Shown: positions 19,315 to 28,567 of the stretch, piece by piece
Layout: each line of letters begins with the position of its first letter
How positions within the stretch are numbered: the first letter of the stretch is position 1
DNA from: Spirochaetota bacterium
Lineage (GTDB): Bacteria > Spirochaetota > UBA4802 > UBA5550
DNA length: 64,000 nucleotides
Direction of reading: 5' to 3'
Assembly: GCA_963664815.2 (NCBI GenBank)
Contig: CAXXHB010000003.1
Location: 2,304,001-2,368,000, forward strand
The notes under the pieces: generated by a model
What the model was told of the DNA's origin: nothing
What the model saw: only the letters and a program-made list of their open reading frames with translations
The model's database searches: none
Translations under genes and position numbers: made by a program

Positions 19315-20952
19315 ATGATTATAGACTTGCGTACCCTTTCCCTGGTAACCGGAATTATTTTTTCCCTCATGGCAATAGCCCTGATACTGCAATACTCTCT
19401 GAACAAAAATTACTGCGGTATCGGGTGGTGGGCATCAGGTTGTACAACTTTAGCAGCCGGATGTTTAATACTGCATTCAAGGGATATAGTCACCATTGAA
19501 AAAATATCAATCTTCACTGCAAACATTCTTCTACTTTCAGGATTAATTTTAATGTATATAGGCACTATGCGATTTATGAATAAAAAGGAAAATCTGCGTA
19601 TAATAATTTCAGTTTTTACTCTCTTTATTTTTTCCACTTTTTTTATAATCTACATTAAAAGAGATAACAATATAAGAGTTATAATCCTTTATATTGCTTC
19701 CTCAATTATTATTTTTTTCATAATACATATACTGATTGTAAACAAAATAAGTTCTATCAGGATATCTTCGGGATTTACAGCCATTGTTTTCATCATATAC
19801 GGGTTATTTCTTATTTTCCGCTCGGCAGTAATTTTAACAACAGGACATATTGTTTCTGTGTTCACTCCAGATTATCTTCAGATAGCTGCATTTATGATAA
19901 CACTATCAGCGGGTGTACTGTGGACTTTCGGTTTTATAATTATGGTAAATCAGCGTTTAAATGCTGAACTCAGGGGAGAGAAAGAGAGTTTTGAACTGAT
20001 TTTCAATTCAAGCCCTGCAGCAACTTTAATCAACCGTTTTGATGACAGGCTTATTGTTAATATCAATGAAGCATTTTCTGTTATTACCGGATTTTCTTCC
20101 GGTGAGACAATCGGTAAAACAACCAATGACCTCAAACTCTGGGCTGATTCAGAGGACTACCGTCGTATTGTTGACGAGATTGAACAAAACAACTTCTGTA
20201 ATAACTATGAGACTGTTTTTCGTATTAAAAACGGAAACCTGCTTAACGGAATCATTTCAGCTAAAATTATAGAACTTGACTGTGCAAAGCATATTTTAAG
20301 TATTACTCACGACATTACAGAACGCAAAAATTCTGAAAAAAAGATAAAAACGCTTCTTGAAGAAAAAGAGCTGATACTCAGGGAGGTGCATCATCGCATA
20401 AAAAATAACATGAACAGCATCCGTGGACTCCTCTTTCTTCAGTCCGAAACCCTTACTGAGCAACCGGCAATTGATGCCATTAATGAAGCAGAAAGCCGTA
20501 TTGCCAGCATGATGGTACTGTACGATAAACTTTATCGTTCTGACAGTTTTAACGAACTCCCGATTGAGGAATATCTTTCCGGTCTTGTAGAGGAAATAAT
20601 CTCAAGTTTTCCCAACAAGGACATCGTAAAAGTCGAAACATATATTGATGACTTCACTATCAATTCTGAGACCCTCTTTCCTCTGGGAATTATTGTAAAT
20701 GAAATCATTACCAATATTATGAAATATGCATTCACCGGAAAAACTGAAGGAACTATTACCCTGATCGCCTCATCATCTGAACAGGGAACCACGCTGGTTA
20801 TCGGGGATAACGGTAAAGGAATGCCGGATGAAATTGATTTTGATAATCCTTCAAGATTCGGACTTCATCTTATAAAAACACTCGTTAAACAGATCAATGG
20901 AATTGTAAGAATAGAAACTGTAGAAGGTACAAGATTTATAATTGATTTTTAA
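19315..20952 (+). CDS. Orphan membrane PAS histidine kinase (HisKA_2 type)
   Basis: About 7 TM segments, PAS ending DITERK, EVHHRIKNNM, NEIITNIMKYAF, DNGKG, FGLHLI. Confidence 0.9.
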   Translation: MIIDLRTLSLVTGIIFSLMAIALILQYSLNKNYCGIGWWASGCTTLAAGCLILHSRDIVTIEKISIFTANILLLSGLILMYIGTMRFMNKKENLRIIISVFTLFIFSTFFIIYIKRDNNIRVIILYIASSIIIFFIIHILIVNKISSIRISSGFTAIVFIIYGLFLIFRSAVILTTGHIVSVFTPDYLQIAAFMITLSAGVLWTFGFIIMVNQRLNAELRGEKESFELIFNSSPAATLINRFDDRLIVNINEAFSVITGFSSGETIGKTTNDLKLWADSEDYRRIVDEIEQNNFCNNYETVFRIKNGNLLNGIISAKIIELDCAKHILSITHDITERKNSEKKIKTLLEEKELILREVHHRIKNNMNSIRGLLFLQSETLTEQPAIDAINEAESRIASMMVLYDKLYRSDSFNELPIEEYLSGLVEEIISSFPNKDIVKVETYIDDFTINSETLFPLGIIVNEIITNIMKYAFTGKTEGTITLIASSSEQGTTLVIGDNGKGMPDEIDFDNPSRFGLHLIKTLVKQINGIVRIETVEGTRFIIDF

Positions 20953-20959
20953 TTCTGTT

Positions 20960-21619
20960 TCAGTTCCCAGATTTCATATTCAGAAGAAAGCTTCTCTCCA
21001 TATCAGCTGAAAACGGTCTGAATACCTGTAATACCCGAAGTTTTTTTTCAATCACTATTGCAAGAAGCCCTTTTTTAAAGTAAAAGTAATTTTCATTTCC
21101 TGAAGCATCCTTATAATAATAACCCTTCCCGGCAGCCTTATACAATTCAGCATCTGTTTTTCCGAAGGTACACTGATTGTTCAATCCATATGTAACGGCT
21201 TCGTCTACAATACCAAAACTTGAAAATATAATATATATAACCCGACCCTCTTTAAAATAAATTTTCCATACCGGTATTGATGTCCTGTCTGCAATATTGT
21301 CATACTGATACATCTTATCAAATCCGATTACAAAGAGCGGCTCTTTATTCAGATCATATCCCATTCCCGACCATCCGCGTACTTCATCGTCATAGCTGCT
21401 GACCGAAGTTGGTTCGCCGAGAAAAGATGTTATTTCATCTGTTGCAGCACCTATTTTTATTTTCCCGCACCCCTCGCCAGGTATTATTATTTTCTGATCT
21501 TTGATTTCATCATTTATAGATGATGACGAATTTTTGGTCTTATCATTATTTTTAACATCTTCGGCATATAAAAACGACGTTATTGTTAATACAGATAATA
21601 TAACTATAATTTTTTTCAT
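20960..21619 (-). CDS. Exported hypothetical protein
   Basis: MKKII signal peptide; IIPGEGCGKIKIG motif. Confidence 0.65.
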   Translation of the reverse strand: MKKIIVILSVLTITSFLYAEDVKNNDKTKNSSSSINDEIKDQKIIIPGEGCGKIKIGAATDEITSFLGEPTSVSSYDDEVRGWSGMGYDLNKEPLFVIGFDKMYQYDNIADRTSIPVWKIYFKEGRVIYIIFSSFGIVDEAVTYGLNNQCTFGKTDAELYKAAGKGYYYKDASGNENYFYFKKGLLAIVIEKKLRVLQVFRPFSADMERSFLLNMKSGN

Positions 21620-21820
21620 TATTTTCCTCAACCGGCAAATGTTTATTTTATAAAATAAAATTCTCCATATCTCTCCGATGCAGAAGATGGTAAAGGGATA
21701 CAACATTTATTCTTTTACATTAAAATATATGTGAAAAAATTGTTTTAATAAATCTTATAATAAAGATAATCTTTAGTCAATATTCTTTTCATCAAACGAA
21801 AAAATATCAACATTTAGATG

Positions 21821-22537
21821 TCATCTGGCAGTTTTTTCATCTTCATCTTTTACATTTTGCATGTCCTCCACTGCCCTGTGAACATCTTCAAATTCCCGGT
21901 TGAATTTTTTATCAATTTCTTTCTGTCTGTTTTCCCGCTCCTGTTCAGCCATTTTCATCTGATTCATAAACAAATGAATATCTTTTGAACGATGCAGATT
22001 ATTTATGACGATCAATAAAGCGAGTACTACCATTATAACAGCAGCTACCCTGACGTTTACCGCAATACCCCCTAGTGTTTTTATAAGCGCATTATAAATC
22101 AGCCATATTGCAAAAAAATAAATGATAAGTGAGGTTATCCCCTCAAGCCAGAAATTTAAATCACCGGGAAGTCCGAAGACAGCGCTCAATGGATATATTA
22201 CCATCAGAGATGCATTGACCCTGACATTAGTCTCGTAGTCTTTACCGCCCCCGCATATAGCACTTATTACCAGAAGAACAGCCCCTCCGATAAACAGAGC
22301 AATAACCGAACCAGCAACTGAAGTTATAAGTCCCGCCGCAATTGATGCGCCTCCGAGGAAAAAAATCACACCGGATAAATGGATTAATCCTGCAATCAGA
22401 CCATAAATAACTGCTTTGATGACAGGTTCGGTAAAACCACCCTTTTTTGCAAGATCAGAGAAATGACCGGCAGGATCAATTATAACTGATTTAGTTTCAT
22501 GAATAAATTTTTTAAAATCGAATGCAACTTCAATCAT
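21821..22537 (-). CDS. Yip1-like membrane protein
   Basis: VIIDPAGHF start, five TM segments, coiled C-terminal tail. Confidence 0.65.
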   Translation of the reverse strand: MIEVAFDFKKFIHETKSVIIDPAGHFSDLAKKGGFTEPVIKAVIYGLIAGLIHLSGVIFFLGGASIAAGLITSVAGSVIALFIGGAVLLVISAICGGGKDYETNVRVNASLMVIYPLSAVFGLPGDLNFWLEGITSLIIYFFAIWLIYNALIKTLGGIAVNVRVAAVIMVVLALLIVINNLHRSKDIHLFMNQMKMAEQERENRQKEIDKKFNREFEDVHRAVEDMQNVKDEDEKTAR

Positions 22538-22710
22538 AAATTCTACCTCGTTATTCATTCGGTAAGCTATAACTAACCTGAATCCCTGATAATTCAGCTA
22601 CATCCATTATTCTTTGATGAAAAACCGGGATTATTATAATTGGCAAAATATCAAAAAAACAAGTTATTTGTTAAATCTGAAAATCTTTATTTATATTTTT
22701 AAAGAGAGTC

Positions 22711-22755
22711 AATTATAATCAAAGCCCCGGTATCACCGGGGCTTTGATTATAATT
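22711..22755 (-). terminator. Perfect 20-bp-arm inverted repeat after the cytochrome gene
   Basis: aattataatcaaagccccgg-tatca-ccggggctttgattataatt. Confidence 0.75.
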
Positions 22756-22993
22756 ACTTATGACATCCTTTAGCTGCACAGCTTGCTGTTTTAAACAGAG
22801 CCTTGTAATTCTGTCCTTTTTTCTTTTCAAGCCTTGTTTTTGCATTATGACAGTCATTGCATGACGCGATTTTCTTATCCGCACCAGTAACAGCTTTATG
22901 CTGAGTTAAAAGTTTTGGATTTGCAAAAAGCATTGAAGCAGAAAAAGCAACAAGAACAAAAGCAGAAAGAGAAGCAATCTTTACTTTCTTCAT
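22754..22993 (-). CDS. Small exported c-type cytochrome (CxxCH plus CX4CH)
   Basis: GGAGG RBS, signal peptide, CNDCH, terminal CAAKGCHK. Confidence 0.7.
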   Translation of the reverse strand: MKKVKIASLSAFVLVAFSASMLFANPKLLTQHKAVTGADKKIASCNDCHNAKTRLEKKKGQNYKALFKTASCAAKGCHK

Positions 22994-23388
22994 AATATTT
23001 AAATCCTCCGTATGATTATATAATTTTATACTGGTAATACAATTTGTCAAGACCCTTTTTATACATTACACAAATAGTCCGGCATCCGCCTTCCTGCGTT
23101 TTAACTGTCTATATAAGCAAAGTGGAATGGTACAATGTTTTTTAATTCATTCAGAAAATGTTATTTTTTAAAAAACAGATTAAATACTGTTTGTCAAGAA
23201 TGATACTTGATCTTTTTTAAATGATAATTAATATGTCTCTTTGGAGTCTTGAGCTTTCAAATAAAATACCGAATGAATAAACATTAAACGTAATAGTTTG
23301 GAAGTATAATTATTTACTGTAAATTATATTCAAGTGAAAATCAGGCATCACCCGAATATAATATTAACTTCATTTAAAAGGAGAAAAT

Positions 23389-23586
23389 ATGATGAAGAAA
23401 CTGGTTGTGTTATCAATATTTTTCAGTATCATGACAGGTATTATCATTGCATATGCCTGCTCCATTGATGATCGCGATAAATATTATAATGATTGTATAA
23501 CAAAAAGAAAATGCGGTGAAAAGATGGAATGTAAAACCGGATGTCTCAATGAAGCAAACAAATGGTATTATAACGGATGTAAATAA
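23389..23586 (+). CDS. Small secreted six-cysteine peptide
   Basis: AAGGAG RBS; signal peptide ending AYA; about 42-aa mature part with 6 Cys. Confidence 0.7.
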   Translation: MMKKLVVLSIFFSIMTGIIIAYACSIDDRDKYYNDCITKRKCGEKMECKTGCLNEANKWYYNGCK

Positions 23587-23787
23587 ATATTTACAAAACT
23601 CTGATAAAACAGATCAGTCATCATTTTATAAACAATGTTCAACCCGAATCAGGCTTACTATTTGTCAATTTGTCAGCTTTAATAACATATAGTTTATTTA
23701 AATTCTTTTAAATAAAAATAACTTGACCAGCCTTTTACAACTTATATGGGATTAAATCATCAAATCATGAATAACAAAGGTGTCTCT

Positions 23788-24648
23788 ATGAAAAAAATTA
23801 TCATTCTCCTGATCCTTTCCATGTCTCTTGCCACAGCATGTACTGCAAATTTAAAAATGTCCAATCTCAAAATTGATAAATCACTGAAACCCGGAAAACC
23901 TGGGAAAACAGCCATTATTTCAACTGTTAACTATTTTTCAGGAAATACCGGAACATTCAGTTCTGGTGAAGATATAGATAATAAAGACTTTAAACAGACT
24001 ATAGCTAATGCTGTATTTAACAGCGGTTCATTTGAAAATGTCGCTTATACCGAAGAGGAAGCTGCAAAGTACAGGAATAAAAAAAATGTCATATACCTGG
24101 ACTTCAAGGTTTATTCCATAGAAAACGGTTCTATGAACTGGTGGCTTGCATGGCCCGGAATTTATCCCTGTCCTGCATGGTGGCCACTACAACCTAAAAA
24201 GGGAACGGTTGCCGTTAATTTGGAAGTTTCAGTCTCGGAAGGTACACGTCATATTAAGACCTTCAAACTCTATGAATCTGAAAATTATGATATTACATTT
24301 TACGGCTTTTTTAAAACAGCTCCCATTAATTATTGCGCAGAAAAAGCGCTTCTCAATATTACTGAAAATTTCAGTGACGAGTTTTCCAATCTGGATAAAT
24401 TACCTGGCAAAAATGGCGATAATACTGTCTTAATAGGCACCATAAACAGCATCAATGGATCTTCAGATATAATAATACAACATTCTGATAAAGCTGTGCC
24501 GAAAATGGGTGAGTTGCTTTACGTGATGTCAGGTAATAAGAAAATAGAACTTATTGCAATGTTCCCCATGATGACTTCGACGAAATGCAGAATAGTTAAA
24601 AACTCTGATTATTCATCACTTAAAAAGACTATGGAGGTCTTCAAATAG
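23788..24648 (+). CDS. Lipoprotein with a C-terminal domain shared with the FGE protein
   Basis: MKKIIILL..LATAC lipobox; C-terminal KMGELLYV..FPMMTSTKCRI. Confidence 0.7.
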   Translation: MKKIIILLILSMSLATACTANLKMSNLKIDKSLKPGKPGKTAIISTVNYFSGNTGTFSSGEDIDNKDFKQTIANAVFNSGSFENVAYTEEEAAKYRNKKNVIYLDFKVYSIENGSMNWWLAWPGIYPCPAWWPLQPKKGTVAVNLEVSVSEGTRHIKTFKLYESENYDITFYGFFKTAPINYCAEKALLNITENFSDEFSNLDKLPGKNGDNTVLIGTINSINGSSDIIIQHSDKAVPKMGELLYVMSGNKKIELIAMFPMMTSTKCRIVKNSDYSSLKKTMEVFK

Positions 24649-24937
24649 CATAATTTTTAAAAATATTTTAGTACCTGAAGCAGAGGGATTTGAATGTACT
24701 CTCTGCTTTTTTCAGCCGGCGTGAGAATAATAACATTGATCGTAATTTATCTTTTTATAACTCCATGGATGAAAATCCATAGATATTTTAATCAGTCGCC
24801 AGGAATAATATTAACTTATATATTTAATAAATTAAAAGATTCCCGGTTGAATATTCATTTACAACTACGCGATAATTAAATAGCATAAATACAATTAAAA
24901 CTTGAATCATGTTAAAAAACAATTAATGGAGTATATT

Positions 24938-25708
24938 ATGCTTGGAGCTATAGCAGGTGATATTATAGGCTCAGTTTATGAATTCAACAATATTAAAACT
25001 ACAGATTTCCCTTTATTCAGCAGAAAAAGCCGCTTCACAGATGATTCAGTATTAACAATAGCTCTTGCAGATTCACTTATTAACAGTATCCCGTATATTG
25101 ATAAAATAAAGGAATACTATCACCTCTACCCCGATGCAGGATATGGCGGAAGATTCAGACAATGGGCCGGATCGGATGACAACAGGCCATACAACAGTTA
25201 CGGAAACGGTTCGGCAATGAGGGTAAGTCCTGCCGGATGGGCATACAGTTCTCTTGATGTTGTACTGATCGAAGCAGAAAGAAGCGCGATGATTACACAC
25301 AATCATCCCGAAGGGATAAAAGGTGCACAATCTGTGGCCGCTGCAATCTACCTGGCGAGGACCGGTTCGTCCAAACAGCAGATTAAGGAATATATTGAAA
25401 AGAAGTTTTTCTATAATTTATCTGAAAGACTTGATGATATCCGTCCTCACTACCGATTTAATGAGACCTGCCAGGGTTCAGTCCCACAATCGATAATCGC
25501 ATTTCTTGAATCAGACAGCTATGAGGATACAATCCGCAAAGCAGTATCAATCGGTGGTGATAGTGATACAATTGCATGTATTGCGGGTGGAATTGCAGAG
25601 GCTTTCTACAAGTTTATTCCTGATGTGATCGTTGAGCATAGCATGAATATTCTCGACAGCAGACTCCGCAACATGGTAATTATGTTCAGGGAAAAATATA
25701 TACTATGA
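24938..25708 (+). CDS. ADP-ribosylglycohydrolase
   Basis: GAIAGDIIGS, FTDDS, GNGSAMRVSP, THNHPEG, GGDSDT. Confidence 0.92.
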   Translation: MLGAIAGDIIGSVYEFNNIKTTDFPLFSRKSRFTDDSVLTIALADSLINSIPYIDKIKEYYHLYPDAGYGGRFRQWAGSDDNRPYNSYGNGSAMRVSPAGWAYSSLDVVLIEAERSAMITHNHPEGIKGAQSVAAAIYLARTGSSKQQIKEYIEKKFFYNLSERLDDIRPHYRFNETCQGSVPQSIIAFLESDSYEDTIRKAVSIGGDSDTIACIAGGIAEAFYKFIPDVIVEHSMNILDSRLRNMVIMFREKYIL

Positions 25709-25759
25709 AATCATTAAAATATTTTAAATTCCATGACATGACCGGATACTGAGGATCAT

Positions 25760-26683
25760 ATGAAACGATATATAAAAAAACCGGTTCTTATACTTCTGCT
25801 GATAATACTAATCCCTGTCTCTTCAGCCTGGAGTCTAAAGGAACATACTGCAAAACCAAATCCCGTAACAGATACAACAATTAAGATTGCTACCTTCAAC
25901 ATGCAGATTTTCGGGAAAACCAAGCTTCGAAGACCTCACACATTGACAGTACTGTCCGAGATAGCTTCGAATTTTGATATTATTGCACTCCAGGAGATCG
26001 GTTCGAACAGATCTTCAGCTTCCGAAGAAACATGTAATGAAATACTGAGAGTCTTTGTTTCACGGATTAATTCCATTGTGAAAGATGACTTATACTCATA
26101 TATCTGCGGAAACCAATATGCAATAATCTACAGAACTGACAAAGTTAAAGTTAACGATTATGCCCTATATTCCGGAACTGAGTCATTTTCATACACACCC
26201 TTAACCGCCAACTTTAATACAATAAAGAAAGGGGATAACTTTGATTTTACAATAATCACTGTGCACACTTCACCAAAACTTGCAGAGGAGGAGATAACAT
26301 CCCTTAAGACTGCGATTGATGAAATAAGAGAACTTTATTCAGAACCGGATGTTATCTGTCTCGGGGATTTCAATGCCGACGGTTCTTATTATGACGAAGG
26401 TGATAAAGAATGGCTTTCCGGTTTTGACCCGGAACTGTACATAACAGGAATACCAAACTCCTGCGATACAACTGTAGCTCTTTCCGACAATACATACGAC
26501 CGTATACAGATGACAATGAGCCTTAAGAGCGATTTTACCGGTGAATCCGGGGTTTTCAGATTCGGCGGTATTTATGATATAACAGAATGTGAAGGGGGGA
26601 GAACAACTGCAGGAACTGAAAAGTCAGTTTCTGATCACTACCCTGTCTGGTGTGAATACTATACCGACAGGGATACAGATTAA
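25760..26683 (+). CDS. Exported DNase I-like EEP nuclease
   Basis: IATFNMQIFGKTK, LQEI, VHTSP, GDFNADGSY, YDRI, SDHYPV. Confidence 0.88.
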   Translation: MKRYIKKPVLILLLIILIPVSSAWSLKEHTAKPNPVTDTTIKIATFNMQIFGKTKLRRPHTLTVLSEIASNFDIIALQEIGSNRSSASEETCNEILRVFVSRINSIVKDDLYSYICGNQYAIIYRTDKVKVNDYALYSGTESFSYTPLTANFNTIKKGDNFDFTIITVHTSPKLAEEEITSLKTAIDEIRELYSEPDVICLGDFNADGSYYDEGDKEWLSGFDPELYITGIPNSCDTTVALSDNTYDRIQMTMSLKSDFTGESGVFRFGGIYDITECEGGRTTAGTEKSVSDHYPVWCEYYTDRDTD

Positions 26684-26696
26684 CTCTTTCTTTTAT

Positions 26697-28535
26697 TTAA
26701 TTCTTGGGCAGAGAGGAGAAACTCAGCTTTTTCCCCTTTCCATCAGTTATTTCAAGTATACGCATTCTGTCCCAGCTGAAACCGCCGTCACTTATGTAGT
26801 ACTTGCCGGACGGAAGCTTTAATAATAGTTTTCCGTCACCTGCAGTATATGTTTCACATACCGTCTGAAATGAATTACCCCCGACCTTCCGGCTTATAAA
26901 TATGTTCGCCCTCGCATCAAACTTAAGTTCAGTGACACTATCATCTGCAAATGAGAATTCAAGGTTATTACTTTTATTTTTTGCGAAATCTATCTGCTGC
27001 TTCATTATATATCCAGCTGTCCTGAAGGATATTATGTTATAGTTTGAATTTTCCGTAATTGCATAAAAAATTTTTTTCTCATCTCCTTTATACTCATAAA
27101 AGCTCCCCTCCTGATTCTCCAGCAGAACAACCCCGCCAAGCCCGTTACCTTTCTCGTCTTTAAATCCTGCAATAACCGCAAAAAAACCCTTTTTAAGATA
27201 AAACGGAAAATCTGTCAGACTGTATTCTTTCCCGGTTTTTGCCGGGTTAACGTCAATAAGATATGTCGGGCTGACAACATTATTGTTCAGGCTGAAAAGA
27301 TACTGTCCGTCGGAAAGGTGCAGTGTTACATATCCGTTATCCGCCTGTATAAATACCACCTTATCTGATTCCCCCAGGTGACGCCAGTATACAAGCTGCT
27401 GGTTACCAGGCGGGAGTTTTATCCGTATTGTCTGTTTTGTATCAGACATATCATATTTCTTTACCAGTCTTTCTTTGACATTATGCGTTATTGTATGCTC
27501 AAAAAATCCCCCTTTTTCCATAAAATACACGGTGTTTGTACCTTCAGGTATTGCCCAGGAACCGCTTTCAAGAACTGTTATTGATGGATAACTTTTTTTG
27601 TTTCTGTCATAATTAAACAGCCACCTGTTTGTCTTATAACTTGCAGTGACAGGCTTTCCCCTGTTATCAATCAGTGAAGCGGTTACTATTCCGCTGTTCT
27701 GAACTTCAGATGTTTTTCTTGAATAAAATTCAGGCCATGCCGAAGGTTCTTTATACATATCAAGATATTCCCGCTTATCATCGACAGATATCTCTTTCAC
27801 AAAAGCGCCGGAACGCGGGAAATTTACTATATGGAAAGGATCCACATGATGCATACTGTTCTGCGGATCATATGATATCCAGCCCCTTGATTTAAAATAT
27901 ACCTCAACGTATGCATGAAATCCTCCGCTGCCGCCATTCCCGCCAAAACCCCAGAAATGCCCGGGTGCGATATAACATTCAACTTCCCTTGCCGGTATCC
28001 CTGCTACACGAAAAAGAGATACTGCTGCACGTGCATATCCTTCACAATACGCTGAACCCGACATCAGTACAGACACGGGATTAGATGAAACACCGAGAGA
28101 ATATGTAACATTCTGCCTTATAAATATCATCAGTCTTTCAACAGCTTCAGTCTGTGTCTTCGCACCGGATGTTGTTTTTGCAACTATATTCTTCAGATAT
28201 GTTATATCGTTTGCATTCAGGTCACTGTCGGGCAATATATACTTTTCAATATCTTTTCCGAAATTTTTTAAAGGGATGGGGAATACAGCCGAATCGATAA
28301 AAGGGGAAAGATTAACCTTATTAAGTACGGTAATTTTTCCAGGTTCTTTTTTTATTACTGTCTGTGAATTACTGCTGTTCTTATACTGATAGAATTTATC
28401 AAGCAGGGCGCTGTCACCCGATGAAACCTCGTAAGTATACTCCCATGTGCCACCTACAATATTTGTTACCGGATAAAGTCTACCAACGGAAAAAAATAAA
28501 AAAATAATAACTATTATTGTATATGAGGTTTTCAT
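26697..28535 (-). CDS. Exported transglutaminase-like protein
   Basis: Triad motifs YCEGYA..R.AGIPAR, HAYVEVY, WISYDP. Confidence 0.8.
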   Translation of the reverse strand: MKTSYTIIVIIFLFFSVGRLYPVTNIVGGTWEYTYEVSSGDSALLDKFYQYKNSSNSQTVIKKEPGKITVLNKVNLSPFIDSAVFPIPLKNFGKDIEKYILPDSDLNANDITYLKNIVAKTTSGAKTQTEAVERLMIFIRQNVTYSLGVSSNPVSVLMSGSAYCEGYARAAVSLFRVAGIPAREVECYIAPGHFWGFGGNGGSGGFHAYVEVYFKSRGWISYDPQNSMHHVDPFHIVNFPRSGAFVKEISVDDKREYLDMYKEPSAWPEFYSRKTSEVQNSGIVTASLIDNRGKPVTASYKTNRWLFNYDRNKKSYPSITVLESGSWAIPEGTNTVYFMEKGGFFEHTITHNVKERLVKKYDMSDTKQTIRIKLPPGNQQLVYWRHLGESDKVVFIQADNGYVTLHLSDGQYLFSLNNNVVSPTYLIDVNPAKTGKEYSLTDFPFYLKKGFFAVIAGFKDEKGNGLGGVVLLENQEGSFYEYKGDEKKIFYAITENSNYNIISFRTAGYIMKQQIDFAKNKSNNLEFSFADDSVTELKFDARANIFISRKVGGNSFQTVCETYTAGDGKLLLKLPSGKYYISDGGFSWDRMRILEITDGKGKKLSFSSLPKN

Positions 28536-28567
28536 ATGCTTCACCTTCTGCTGTGATATTTTTAAAA

